A stretch of 64,000 nucleotides of DNA from an uncultured Clostridia bacterium (GTDB lineage Bacteria; Bacillota; Clostridia; TANB77; CAG-508): positions 20,691 to 84,690 of the forward strand of contig CANQGW010000001.1 in the NCBI GenBank assembly GCA_947623555.1, given 5' to 3'. The notes beneath the pieces are model-generated. The model was not told where the DNA came from, did no database searches, and saw only the letters and a program-made list of their open reading frames with translations. Positions 1-8,010 of this stretch are shown piece after piece. Position numbers and translations under genes: made by a program. Position 1 is the stretch's first letter. Every line of letters starts with the position of its first letter.

Positions 1-298
1 TAGAACCTATTTCTACATCCATATCGTCATAAATTACTAAAATATTTTGTAATGGAATTTTGTAAAAGTCTATAAATGGCTTAATACTTTGACCGCTTAA
101 GTTCATAAATGTTTGTGGTTTTAGCAAAATTACCTTTTCATTTTCTATTAGCCCGCTTCCATATATTCCATTAAATTTGGTTCTAGTAAGCTCTATTTCG
201 TACTTATTTGCTATTTTATTAATTACATCAAACCCCATGTTATGCCTAGTTTTACTATACTCTGGTTCTGGGTTTCCAAGTCCTACTATTAAATACAT
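1..298 (-). CDS. pth: peptidyl-tRNA hydrolase, N-terminal part (3' end runs off the window)
   Basis: My own minus-strand translation from the ATG at 296-298 gives MYLIVGLGNPEPEYSKTRHNMGFDVINKIA..., the canonical Pth N-terminus (GLGNP..Y..TRHN.GF). It is absent from the ORF track because it is truncated by the window edge. Confidence 0.85.
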   Translation of the reverse strand, partial: MYLIVGLGNPEPEYSKTRHNMGFDVINKIANKYEIELTRTKFNGIYGSGLIENEKVILLKPQTFMNLSGQSIKPFIDFYKIPLQNILVIYDDMDVEIGS

Positions 299-311
299 GT
301 TTTTTCCCTCT

Positions 312-1379
312 TTAATTTTCCGTTTGTAAAATTTCATCCACACTTGATAGCTGTTTTTTTGATTCTAATACAATTTTTTTTAGGTTTTCTTCTTCCACCT
401 TTTTAAAATTTTCTAGTGGCATTTCTAAATTAGCCGTTAAATTTTCAAAACTAACTACATTTCCTGTAAATAAGTTTAAATCATCTATTACATTTTCTAT
501 TTTATTACTATATGACATTATTTCACACTTTTGACCAAATACTGCTGAAAGTATCATTGCATGAAATCTAGCACATACCATATACTCCATTTTTGAATAT
601 TCTTTTAAAAATTCATTAATATTTCCATCATATTTTACTATGTTTATTTGTTTTGCATATTCTTCTGGAAGTTCATTTAAAAATGCTTTTATTGCCCTTT
701 CGTCACCCTCGTATTTGCAAAAAGAAAAAAGAGTAACTTTTTTTCCTTGCAAAATATATTGCTTAACATTTTTTTCTAGCATTTTATAATAGCATTGTTC
801 TTTATTTGATAAACTATTTCTAATACTTAAGTCTATTATTGATATTCCAACTGTATTTTTTATTTTTTCTACATTTTCTGGCTCATACGAAAAAGCTAAA
901 TCTGGCAAATAATGAACTGTAGAAATATCTTTAAAAAGGTTTGCTGAATATTTATCACGAAAACTAATACTTGTGCAATTTTTAAAAACCTCTTTTGCTA
1001 AATTTAGGTACTCTTCAGTATAGTATGGTCCAAAGTTAGAGCTAACATAGCAAAATGGAATGTTACTTTTTTTACATTCTTTCATAAATTCTAAAAATTG
1101 CTCTGTAATATTATAAACGACTCCACCTTCCATAAAGATAGAACCGCCTATATAAATGTACCCGTCATATTGATTTGCATTTTGCTTTGTAAGCACTTTT
1201 TCTTTTTCACTATAAATAGTAATGTTTGAAAAGTTTTTAAATAATTTTGCATGCTCTTCGTTTTCTATGTTTATATAAAAAAGTGTATGTGGATACTTTT
1301 TTAATAACATATAAATAAATAAATCATCACCTAAATTTGCTTTTGCATATGCTAGAATAAAAATTTTTTTAGGCTTCAT
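312..1379 (-). CDS. polysaccharide pyruvyl transferase family protein
   Basis: The N-terminal KANLGDDLF and the C-terminal ARFHAMILS motifs are typical of the PS_pyruv_trans (CsaB-like) family. Its start abuts the stop of the upstream GT2 gene. Confidence 0.7.
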   Translation of the reverse strand: MKPKKIFILAYAKANLGDDLFIYMLLKKYPHTLFYINIENEEHAKLFKNFSNITIYSEKEKVLTKQNANQYDGYIYIGGSIFMEGGVVYNITEQFLEFMKECKKSNIPFCYVSSNFGPYYTEEYLNLAKEVFKNCTSISFRDKYSANLFKDISTVHYLPDLAFSYEPENVEKIKNTVGISIIDLSIRNSLSNKEQCYYKMLEKNVKQYILQGKKVTLFSFCKYEGDERAIKAFLNELPEEYAKQINIVKYDGNINEFLKEYSKMEYMVCARFHAMILSAVFGQKCEIMSYSNKIENVIDDLNLFTGNVVSFENLTANLEMPLENFKKVEEENLKKIVLESKKQLSSVDEILQTEN

Positions 1380-1380
1380 T

Positions 1381-2301
1381 TTAAGCTTCCCCTTTTAGCC
1401 ATAAATTTGTAAGCTCACTTTCAAGTTTTTCACTTTGTACATTTTGCTTACACCATAATAATAGTTTATCAAAATTTTCTTTGCTTGGTTTTGAACCTAC
1501 AACATAATACCTAGCTGTTAGCATAACTTGCTCATATAGCCAGTCAGCCTTTTCAGGCATTAAATTTCTTTCTTTAATAATATTGTCAATTTTTTTCTTT
1601 TCATCTAAATTTTCTAGTAAAAAGTCTAACTTAATATTAAATGACATGTTTTTATCATGTACCCTATAAACACCTATACTATCTTCTAAAATATATACTG
1701 GGTTTTTAAGTAATGCTCTCATATAAATAGAAGAGTCATTTAACATTTCTACATTTTCTAAATCATAAATATCACTTTTTTTAAAGATGGTAGTAAAAGT
1801 AGAATTTGGCTTTTCATAAGTTGTTTGAAAGCCTTTTAAGTACTCTATGTTACTAACTTTTCCTAATACATTAAGTTTATTATTTTCATAAGTATTATCA
1901 ACTTCATATTTTATGCTAGAGTTTGCTGACACAAAAGATAATGGTTCTTCAGAGCTTTTAAATACCTTCATAGCTTTTTCAAAAAACTCGTTATCTGTAT
2001 AGTAGTCGTCGTCATCCATAAACACAAGATAATTACCGCTACTTTTTTTATAACCATTTTTTCTAGTAACACCAGCACCTGAATTATGCTCGTTTTTATA
2101 GTATTTAACTTTTGGTTCATTTGCATATTTTTCGCTTATAATTTGTGCAGTATTATCTGGTGAGCAGTCATCTACAATAATAATTTCATAGTAAGGGTAT
2201 GTTTGACGTAGTACAGAATCAATTGCATCTATAATCATTTCTCCCCTTTTATAAGTTGGCATAATAACAGAAATTAAGTCGTTTTCATTAAAATTTTCCA
2301 T
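1381..2301 (-). CDS. family 2 glycosyltransferase
   Basis: VIMPTYKRGEMIIDAIDSVLRQTYPYYEIIIVDDCSPDNT is the classic GT2 N-terminal signature, and a later FMDDDD motif is present. Confidence 0.85.
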   Translation of the reverse strand: MENFNENDLISVIMPTYKRGEMIIDAIDSVLRQTYPYYEIIIVDDCSPDNTAQIISEKYANEPKVKYYKNEHNSGAGVTRKNGYKKSSGNYLVFMDDDDYYTDNEFFEKAMKVFKSSEEPLSFVSANSSIKYEVDNTYENNKLNVLGKVSNIEYLKGFQTTYEKPNSTFTTIFKKSDIYDLENVEMLNDSSIYMRALLKNPVYILEDSIGVYRVHDKNMSFNIKLDFLLENLDEKKKIDNIIKERNLMPEKADWLYEQVMLTARYYVVGSKPSKENFDKLLLWCKQNVQSEKLESELTNLWLKGEA

Positions 2302-2340
2302 TTTTTACTTTCTACCTTTCATTTTGTTTTAAATACAAAA

Positions 2341-3573
2341 TTATTTTTCCTTTAGCTTGTCCCAAATTTCATTTGTTCTTAAGTATTCTTGATAATGTTT
2401 TTTTACATTTTTGTCGTATTTATTTAAGTCATCTATTAAAACATTGCAGTCTTCATCCTCAAATAATTTATTAATTTCAGGAATTCCTGCTTCTAGTTTT
2501 CTATGAATTTCTTCCATTTTTGCTTTATAATTTTTTTGGTCTGTAATATATACAAATAATGGCTTGTATTTAATCCATCCTCTAGATGCTTGTATAAATC
2601 TTTTGGCTATTTGCTCATCTTCTACTTTAATTTTTCTTAATGTTTTTGGATACTTTCCTCTTAAAATATTAGTATATTTTAAGAAACCATCATGGAAATG
2701 ATAAACTGGTACTTTAACTACTTTAGCTTCATCTAGCCTAGTAGCAAAGAAAGTATCTTCACCTCTTGCACCTTCTGGGTTATAAAATGCTGGTATTTTT
2801 TCAATATGTTTTAGGTTTAAGCATAATGTAGATCCTGCAACCCATTTACCACCATTTTGCTTTTTTACCTCGTAAATTCCTTCACCAGAAGCAATATCTT
2901 TATCTGCATAAGTAATACCATTATCTTTTACAAATTTTGTACGAATAGAGTCCCATGAAATAATATCATTACTAATAGCTTCAATGTAGTCCCTAAATAA
3001 TTGTTCATCTACTTCTTCGTTTAATTCGACATACGGAATTGGTGAGATGTAACCGCAATGATAACCAATTGTTACATCTGCCTTTTGTATATTTTTATAA
3101 TGCATTAAAATATTATCTTGTTTAGCCCAAGTAATTTCTTTAGTTTCAGGGTTTTTAATACAAGCTACTGGGTATTCATCATCATCCCAAAATAATAAAT
3201 AATCCATATTTCTAATAAAAGCATAATACATTAGTGTATTTCTGCCTTTAGCATGTCCATGACCAAAAAATAACTCTGATTCTTCTTTGGTAAGTTTTCC
3301 CCTACCCACAAGTCTTTTTTTCATTTCTTCAATATCTTCTGGTGTAATATATTTAATTTTTATGTCTTTGTATACATTTGGCATTAAGCCATAAAAATCT
3401 ACCCTTGTGGTATATTGGTAACCTAGGTCAAATAAAATAAATATTGTTAATTCAACTTTGTTTTCACTATCTTTAAATTGATCTATTAATTGTTCATAAG
3501 TATTATTTATAATTTTACATACATTAGGCCTTCCGGCTACAAAACCCAATCCAAATTGAACTGTTTTGCCCAT
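2341..3573 (-). CDS. hypothetical protein, possibly a DxD-type glycosyltransferase
   Basis: This is a long clean 410-aa ORF in the same operon as the GT2 and pyruvyl transferase genes. It has an LFWDDDEYP acidic motif, but I recognise no family. Confidence 0.5.
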   Translation of the reverse strand: MGKTVQFGLGFVAGRPNVCKIINNTYEQLIDQFKDSENKVELTIFILFDLGYQYTTRVDFYGLMPNVYKDIKIKYITPEDIEEMKKRLVGRGKLTKEESELFFGHGHAKGRNTLMYYAFIRNMDYLLFWDDDEYPVACIKNPETKEITWAKQDNILMHYKNIQKADVTIGYHCGYISPIPYVELNEEVDEQLFRDYIEAISNDIISWDSIRTKFVKDNGITYADKDIASGEGIYEVKKQNGGKWVAGSTLCLNLKHIEKIPAFYNPEGARGEDTFFATRLDEAKVVKVPVYHFHDGFLKYTNILRGKYPKTLRKIKVEDEQIAKRFIQASRGWIKYKPLFVYITDQKNYKAKMEEIHRKLEAGIPEINKLFEDEDCNVLIDDLNKYDKNVKKHYQEYLRTNEIWDKLKEK

Positions 3574-3691
3574 AAGTTCTCTCCTTTGCGTCTACATTGT
3601 GACCAATAATTACATTTAACTACTAGATTATATCATATTCTGTTTTTTGTGTCAAACTCTCCAAGTGCTTATATGTCAATGGTTTACAGGG

Positions 3692-4408
3692 TTAATCTAG
3701 TTTGTATTCTTTTTCTAATTTTTCATTAAAATATAATTTACAAACCAGATTTAATTCCTGCAGATTTTCTTCTGAAATTTGAAACGAAAATATTTTTTTT
3801 GCATCTGCTAATATTATATATCTAATTGCTGTCATAGTAGAGTTTGAAATTTGAATAGCACTTTTATCTACCTTTCCACAAGACACACATTTTAATCCAT
3901 TATCTTTTAAGCTAAAATAGCATAAATTTTCCTTTGATTTACAATTTATACATCCATTAATTTGTGGAGTAAAACCTAACAGGCTTAATAGCCTCATTTT
4001 AAATACAGAAACTATAAAATCTAGATCAGTTTCCGTTTCAGATATCATATATAGTGTATTTAAATAAAGTTGTAATATTTTATATGTATTTTGATTTTCA
4101 TATGTTACGTCATTAATAATTTTGGTAATGTGTGAGGCATATTTTAATTTATCTAAATCTATTCTAATTGGGTAAAAAACTTCTATTGTTTCGCAAGAGT
4201 TAATATGGTAGCTACTTGCACTTTGATAAATTAAGTATTCGCCAAAGCACAAAAATTGAGTGCCTGCCATTAAGAGGCTTTTTGGTTTTCTAGCCCCTTT
4301 TGCTGCACACCCAATTTTTCCATTTGGTGTAAGTATAGTTACCATTTTATCAAAATCATTCATATTACTTTCCGAAAGGATTACTCCTTTGGTTTTGATA
4401 AGTCCCAT
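3692..4408 (-). CDS. recO: DNA repair protein RecO
   Basis: The N-terminus (KGVILSESNMNDFDKMVTILT) is RecO-like, a C-x2-C...C-x2-C zinc motif is present (CINCKS...CVSCG), and the conserved era-yqzL-recO gene order is seen. Confidence 0.85.
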   Translation of the reverse strand: MGLIKTKGVILSESNMNDFDKMVTILTPNGKIGCAAKGARKPKSLLMAGTQFLCFGEYLIYQSASSYHINSCETIEVFYPIRIDLDKLKYASHITKIINDVTYENQNTYKILQLYLNTLYMISETETDLDFIVSVFKMRLLSLLGFTPQINGCINCKSKENLCYFSLKDNGLKCVSCGKVDKSAIQISNSTMTAIRYIILADAKKIFSFQISEENLQELNLVCKLYFNEKLEKEYKLD

Positions 4409-4553
4409 ATTGCATATCCTCTATATTTTTTAGTTTTATTTGTGGTTTGTTTTTGGTTAGGTTTTCTACTTGCATTAATTCCATAAATGTATTTATATTT
4501 CCTGTTTGCTTGAATGTATTCCATGCCAAAGCTTTCATTTGTTTTTCCATCAT
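4365..4553 (-). CDS. YqzL-like small protein
   Basis: WNTFKQTGNINTFMELMQVE resembles the YqzL family, which sits between era and recO in Bacilli and Clostridia. It overlaps the recO start. Confidence 0.5.
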   Translation of the reverse strand: MMEKQMKALAWNTFKQTGNINTFMELMQVENLTKNKPQIKLKNIEDMQYGTYQNQRSNPFGK

Positions 4554-4701
4554 GCGTGTATCATGCTCCTGTTCTAGAAGTTTTTTAAAATAGAAATATA
4601 TTCTACTTTTCTTCTTATCTTATGTTTTGCCTTTTTTTAGTTTTTATTCTTATTTTACCCTAGCACAATTTGCCAATTTGTATTTAAAAGCATGTCCAAA
4701 A

Positions 4702-5607
4702 TTAGTCTGTGGTTTTAAATTTTTTTATAAATTTTTCATCATTAATCCAGTCTTCTCTAACTTTTACCCATATTTTTAAATTTACTTGTTCTTCTAGCAT
4801 TTTTTCTAAATCTTCTCTTGCATACATGCCTATTTTTTTAAGCATTTTGCCGTCTTTTCCTATTATAATGCCCTTATGTGAATTTCTTAAGCAATAAATA
4901 GTAGCTTCTATATTAAAAACAGGCTTTTCATTCATTGTTTTTGTTCTTTTTAGTTTTTCTATTTCTACAAAAATGCCATGTGGTACTTCTTCTTGTAAAA
5001 ATTTTAAAGCCTTTTCCCTAATTATTTCTGATGCTAAATCTCTTAATGTTTGGTCTGTATATTCTTCTTTACTATAATAAGCTGGCCCTTCTTTTAAAGT
5101 TTTTTCTATTTCATTTAAAACAATTTCTATATCGGCTTTTTTTAGTGCAGATATAGGTATAACAGTTTGAAAATTGTATTCATCTTTAAAATCATTTATT
5201 ATACTTGCTACTTTTTCTTTTTTTACTAAATCTATTTTGTTTATTATTAAAATTGCATTTGATTTAGCTTCTTTAATTTTTTCTAAAATTAGTTTGTTAT
5301 CAGCTTTGCAATTTTCTGCTGTAGCATCAACTACAAATAAAATAACATCTGCATCTGGGATTGTACTATATGCTGTGTCATTCATGGTAGTGCCAAGCTT
5401 TGATTTTGCTTTATGTATGCCTGGTGTATCTATAAAAACAATTTGTGAATTTGGCCTATTTACAATTGCTTTTATAGCAGTTCTAGTAGTTTGAGGTTTA
5501 TTTACTACTGCAGATATTTTTTGCCCTATTAAATTATTTAAAATACTTGATTTTCCTACATTTGTTTTTCCTACAAGTGCTACAAAACCAGATTTAAAAC
5601 CTTCCAT
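4702..5607 (-). CDS. era: GTPase Era
   Basis: GKTNVGKSS (G1), DTPG (G3), NKID (G4) and a C-terminal KH domain are present, and the length of 301 aa fits Era. Confidence 0.95.
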   Translation of the reverse strand: MEGFKSGFVALVGKTNVGKSSILNNLIGQKISAVVNKPQTTRTAIKAIVNRPNSQIVFIDTPGIHKAKSKLGTTMNDTAYSTIPDADVILFVVDATAENCKADNKLILEKIKEAKSNAILIINKIDLVKKEKVASIINDFKDEYNFQTVIPISALKKADIEIVLNEIEKTLKEGPAYYSKEEYTDQTLRDLASEIIREKALKFLQEEVPHGIFVEIEKLKRTKTMNEKPVFNIEATIYCLRNSHKGIIIGKDGKMLKKIGMYAREDLEKMLEEQVNLKIWVKVREDWINDEKFIKKFKTTD

Positions 5608-5658
5608 TCATACTCCCTTTTATTTTTATAATATTTTTTGAAAATTTTATAGTTAAAT

Positions 5659-5686
5659 TTGACTTTTTTCAAAAGTATGTTATAAT
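5659..5686 (+). promoter_or_regulatory. sigma-A-type promoter with extended -10 for a short plus-strand RNA
   Basis: TTGACT (5659-5664), a 16-nt spacer and TGtTATAAT (5678-5686). It mirrors the minus-strand promoter at 5954-5982. Confidence 0.5.
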
Positions 5687-5692
5687 AATAAT

Positions 5693-5783
5693 AGAAGTTA
5701 GGAACCACAAAGTGTGGTTGCCACGAAAAGTATATTTTAATACACATCTCTAGGCATGCAGAGGTGTGTATTTGTTTTTATTT
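5693..5783 (+). ncRNA. candidate ~90-nt antisense small RNA (putative type I antitoxin)
   Basis: It starts about 7 nt after the -10 box, has a 5' hairpin AACCACA-AAG-TGTGGTT (5704-5720), and ends at the hairpin plus T-tract at 5741-5783. It contains no credible ORF. It is convergent with the small peptide gene and overlaps its 3' end. Confidence 0.35.
5741..5783. terminator. hairpin terminator shared by the convergent sRNA and peptide transcripts
   Basis: TACACATCTC..(loop)..GAGGTGTGTA is followed by TTTGTTTTTATTT on the plus strand. The T-tract is weaker on the minus strand. Confidence 0.55.
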
Positions 5784-5888
5784 ACTCAATATTATTATTA
5801 ATGTAATAATAAGAGTTAATGTTATGATAGTTATGCCAATAAAGGCACAAAGTAGTAAATAAATAATAGTAATATAATATTCTACCAT
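5778..5888 (-). CDS. 36-aa hydrophobic peptide (candidate type I toxin)
   Basis: My own translation is MVEYYITIIYLLLCAFIGITIITLTLIITLIIILSK. A strong SD (AAAGGAGGTG) lies 6 nt upstream of the ATG. The peptide is a single TM helix with a C-terminal Lys. It is below the ORF-track size cutoff. Confidence 0.45.
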   Translation of the reverse strand: MVEYYITIIYLLLCAFIGITIITLTLIITLIIILSK

Positions 5889-5953
5889 AGACATCACCTC
5901 CTTTATGTAAAAAGGAGGCAACCACACTCTGCTTTTCCTAACTTCTAAAATTT

Positions 5954-5982
5954 ATTATATGGTAAATTTTAACAAAAGTCAA
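5954..5982 (-). promoter_or_regulatory. sigma-A-type promoter for the small peptide mRNA
   Basis: On the minus strand: TTGACT, a 17-nt spacer, TATAAT, then 8 nt and GAAGTTAGGAA. This is the same leader start as the plus-strand RNA. Confidence 0.5.
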
Positions 5983-6009
5983 TGTTTTTTAAAACATTTG
6001 TTTATTTTT

Positions 6010-7776
6010 TTAATTTGCATTATCTAATATTTTATATTTAGGTTTTGCCTCATAATGTGTATGTAATAATTCATGTGCTAAATGACCACCAGGTTCACCT
6101 AAATATTCTTTATATATTTTTTTCAAAATTTCATTTTCATGTGATTTTCTAATGTTGCTTTTTTCATCAATAGTATACATTGCTTTTGCACGTTTTTCAC
6201 GAACATTTACTGTCATGCGCGTTTTAGCGCTTTGTATTGGCTGACCACCACCCATTATGCAACCACCTGGGCATGCCATAATTTCTACAAATTGGTAATC
6301 TGCCTTTCCAGCTTTTATTTCCTCCATTATTTGCCTTGCATTTCCCAATCCATGGGCAACTGCTACTTTGATTTCATCTTTTCCTATTTTAATTGTTGCT
6401 TTTTTAATACCTTTTTGTCCCCTTACTTCCTCGAAGTTAATTTTTTGTAACTCCTTACCTGTTACAATTTCAGATACAGTTCTTAAAGCTGCCTCCATTA
6501 CGCCACCAGTCACCCCAAAAATAGCACCTGCACCTGTTGCCTCGCCCATAGGATCATCAAAAGGCTCGTCTTCTAATCCTGTAAAGTCAATATTAGCTTG
6601 TTTTATCATACGAGCAAGCTCCCTTGTTGTAATAACACTATCTACATCATATAAGCCATTTTCTTTCATTTCGTCCCTTTGTCTTTCAAACTTTTTAGCA
6701 ATACATGGCATTACAGAAACAACATAAATTTTCTCTGGATTAATTTTATATTTTGCTGCAAAATATGTTTTTATAAGAGCTCCAAACATTTCATGTGGTG
6801 ATTTACAACTTGATAGATGTGGCAAATTTTCTGGATAATTCATTTCTATATATTTTACCCATCCTGGGCTACAAGAAGTAATCATTGGTAAATTATCATT
6901 TTCTTTTAAACGTTTAACAAACTCTGTTCCTTCTTCCATAATTGTAAAATCTGCTCCGGTATTAGTATCAAAAACTTTATCAAAACCTAACCTTTTTAAA
7001 GCAGTTACCATTTTTCCTGCTACATTTGTACCAATTGGCATTCCAAACTCTTCGCCTAATGCCACTCTAACAGCAGGAGCAGTTTGTACTACTACATAAG
7101 TATTTTCATCTTTTAATTTTTCCCACACCTCTTTAGTAGAATCTTTTTCATGTAATGCACCTGTTGGGCAACTTTCTATACATTGACCACAAAAAGTACA
7201 ATTTACATCATTTAAGCTACAATTACCAACAGTAGAAATGCAAGATGTAAAACCTCTTGATGAGCTATCTATTGCACCTATATTTTGAACATTTTTACAA
7301 GTAGCAACACACCTTCTACATAAAATACATTTATTAAAATCTCTAACAATTGAAGGAGATTTATCATCTACTTCATACTCATTTTTTTCACCATCATAAC
7401 GAATATTATCCATATTTAACTTTGTTGCCAAGGCTTGTAACTCACAATTTCCATTTCTTATGCAAGTTAAACAGTCCCTATGGTGATTAGACAAAATTAA
7501 ATCTAAAATCATTCTTCTTGCCTCTATAACCTCTGGTGAATTTGTATGTACAACCATTCCCTCTTCAACCTTTTGTATACAAGAAGTTGCAAAACCGCGT
7601 CTGCCCTCTACTTTAGTAATACACATTCTACAGTCACCAACTTCGTTAATATCTTTTAAAAAGCAAAGAGTTGGAATATCTATATTTACCTTTCTTGCCG
7701 CTTCTAAAATAGTTGTTCCTTCTGGAACCTTTACATCCTTATTATCAATTTTTAAATTTACCATATTTTGAGACAT
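6010..7776 (-). CDS. hydA: [FeFe] hydrogenase catalytic subunit (HydA/HndD type, bifurcating complex)
   Basis: It has an N-terminal 2Fe-2S and multiple 4Fe-4S Cys motifs, and the H-cluster motifs TSCSPGW, MPCIAKKFE and EIMACPGGCIMGGGQP. Confidence 0.9.
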   Translation of the reverse strand: MSQNMVNLKIDNKDVKVPEGTTILEAARKVNIDIPTLCFLKDINEVGDCRMCITKVEGRRGFATSCIQKVEEGMVVHTNSPEVIEARRMILDLILSNHHRDCLTCIRNGNCELQALATKLNMDNIRYDGEKNEYEVDDKSPSIVRDFNKCILCRRCVATCKNVQNIGAIDSSSRGFTSCISTVGNCSLNDVNCTFCGQCIESCPTGALHEKDSTKEVWEKLKDENTYVVVQTAPAVRVALGEEFGMPIGTNVAGKMVTALKRLGFDKVFDTNTGADFTIMEEGTEFVKRLKENDNLPMITSCSPGWVKYIEMNYPENLPHLSSCKSPHEMFGALIKTYFAAKYKINPEKIYVVSVMPCIAKKFERQRDEMKENGLYDVDSVITTRELARMIKQANIDFTGLEDEPFDDPMGEATGAGAIFGVTGGVMEAALRTVSEIVTGKELQKINFEEVRGQKGIKKATIKIGKDEIKVAVAHGLGNARQIMEEIKAGKADYQFVEIMACPGGCIMGGGQPIQSAKTRMTVNVREKRAKAMYTIDEKSNIRKSHENEILKKIYKEYLGEPGGHLAHELLHTHYEAKPKYKILDNAN

Positions 7777-7888
7777 ATTTTATTATTCTCCTTTGCTCAT
7801 ATATTTTTAACATTCGTTTTATTAATATTACATTTGTATAATTTTCACAAGAATAGTTATATTGCTATTGTATATACTTTTTATTTTT

Positions 7889-8010
7889 GCTTTGATTTAA
7901 AGTAGTATATTACGAGGAAAACAAGCAAAAAATTTTGAAACTATACGAGTTGTATGTTGAAAAATTTTTTGCGATGTTTGACAAAGTAAGATGCTGCTTT
8001 AAATCGAAGC
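7889..8010. repeat. ~120-nt long imperfect hairpin in the hydB-hydA spacer
   Basis: The left arm 7889-7941 pairs with the right arm 7956-8010. The outer stem is 25 bp with 3 T.G pairs and 1 mismatch, and an inner A6/T6-containing stem follows. It begins at the hydB stop codon. Confidence 0.5.

Noticed and set aside
6232-6727. Antisense ORFs inside long genes, for example 6232-6450 and 6368-6727 in hydA. Similar ORFs lie at 4709-4897, 5174-5494, 9097-9465, 23379-23819, 30755-31153, 38712-39158, 45750-46145 and 49700-50095.
   Set aside because: These are shadow ORFs on the opposite strand of well-supported genes. Their translations are low-complexity and F/L/S/I-rich, typical of AT-rich antisense frames, and they lack an RBS.
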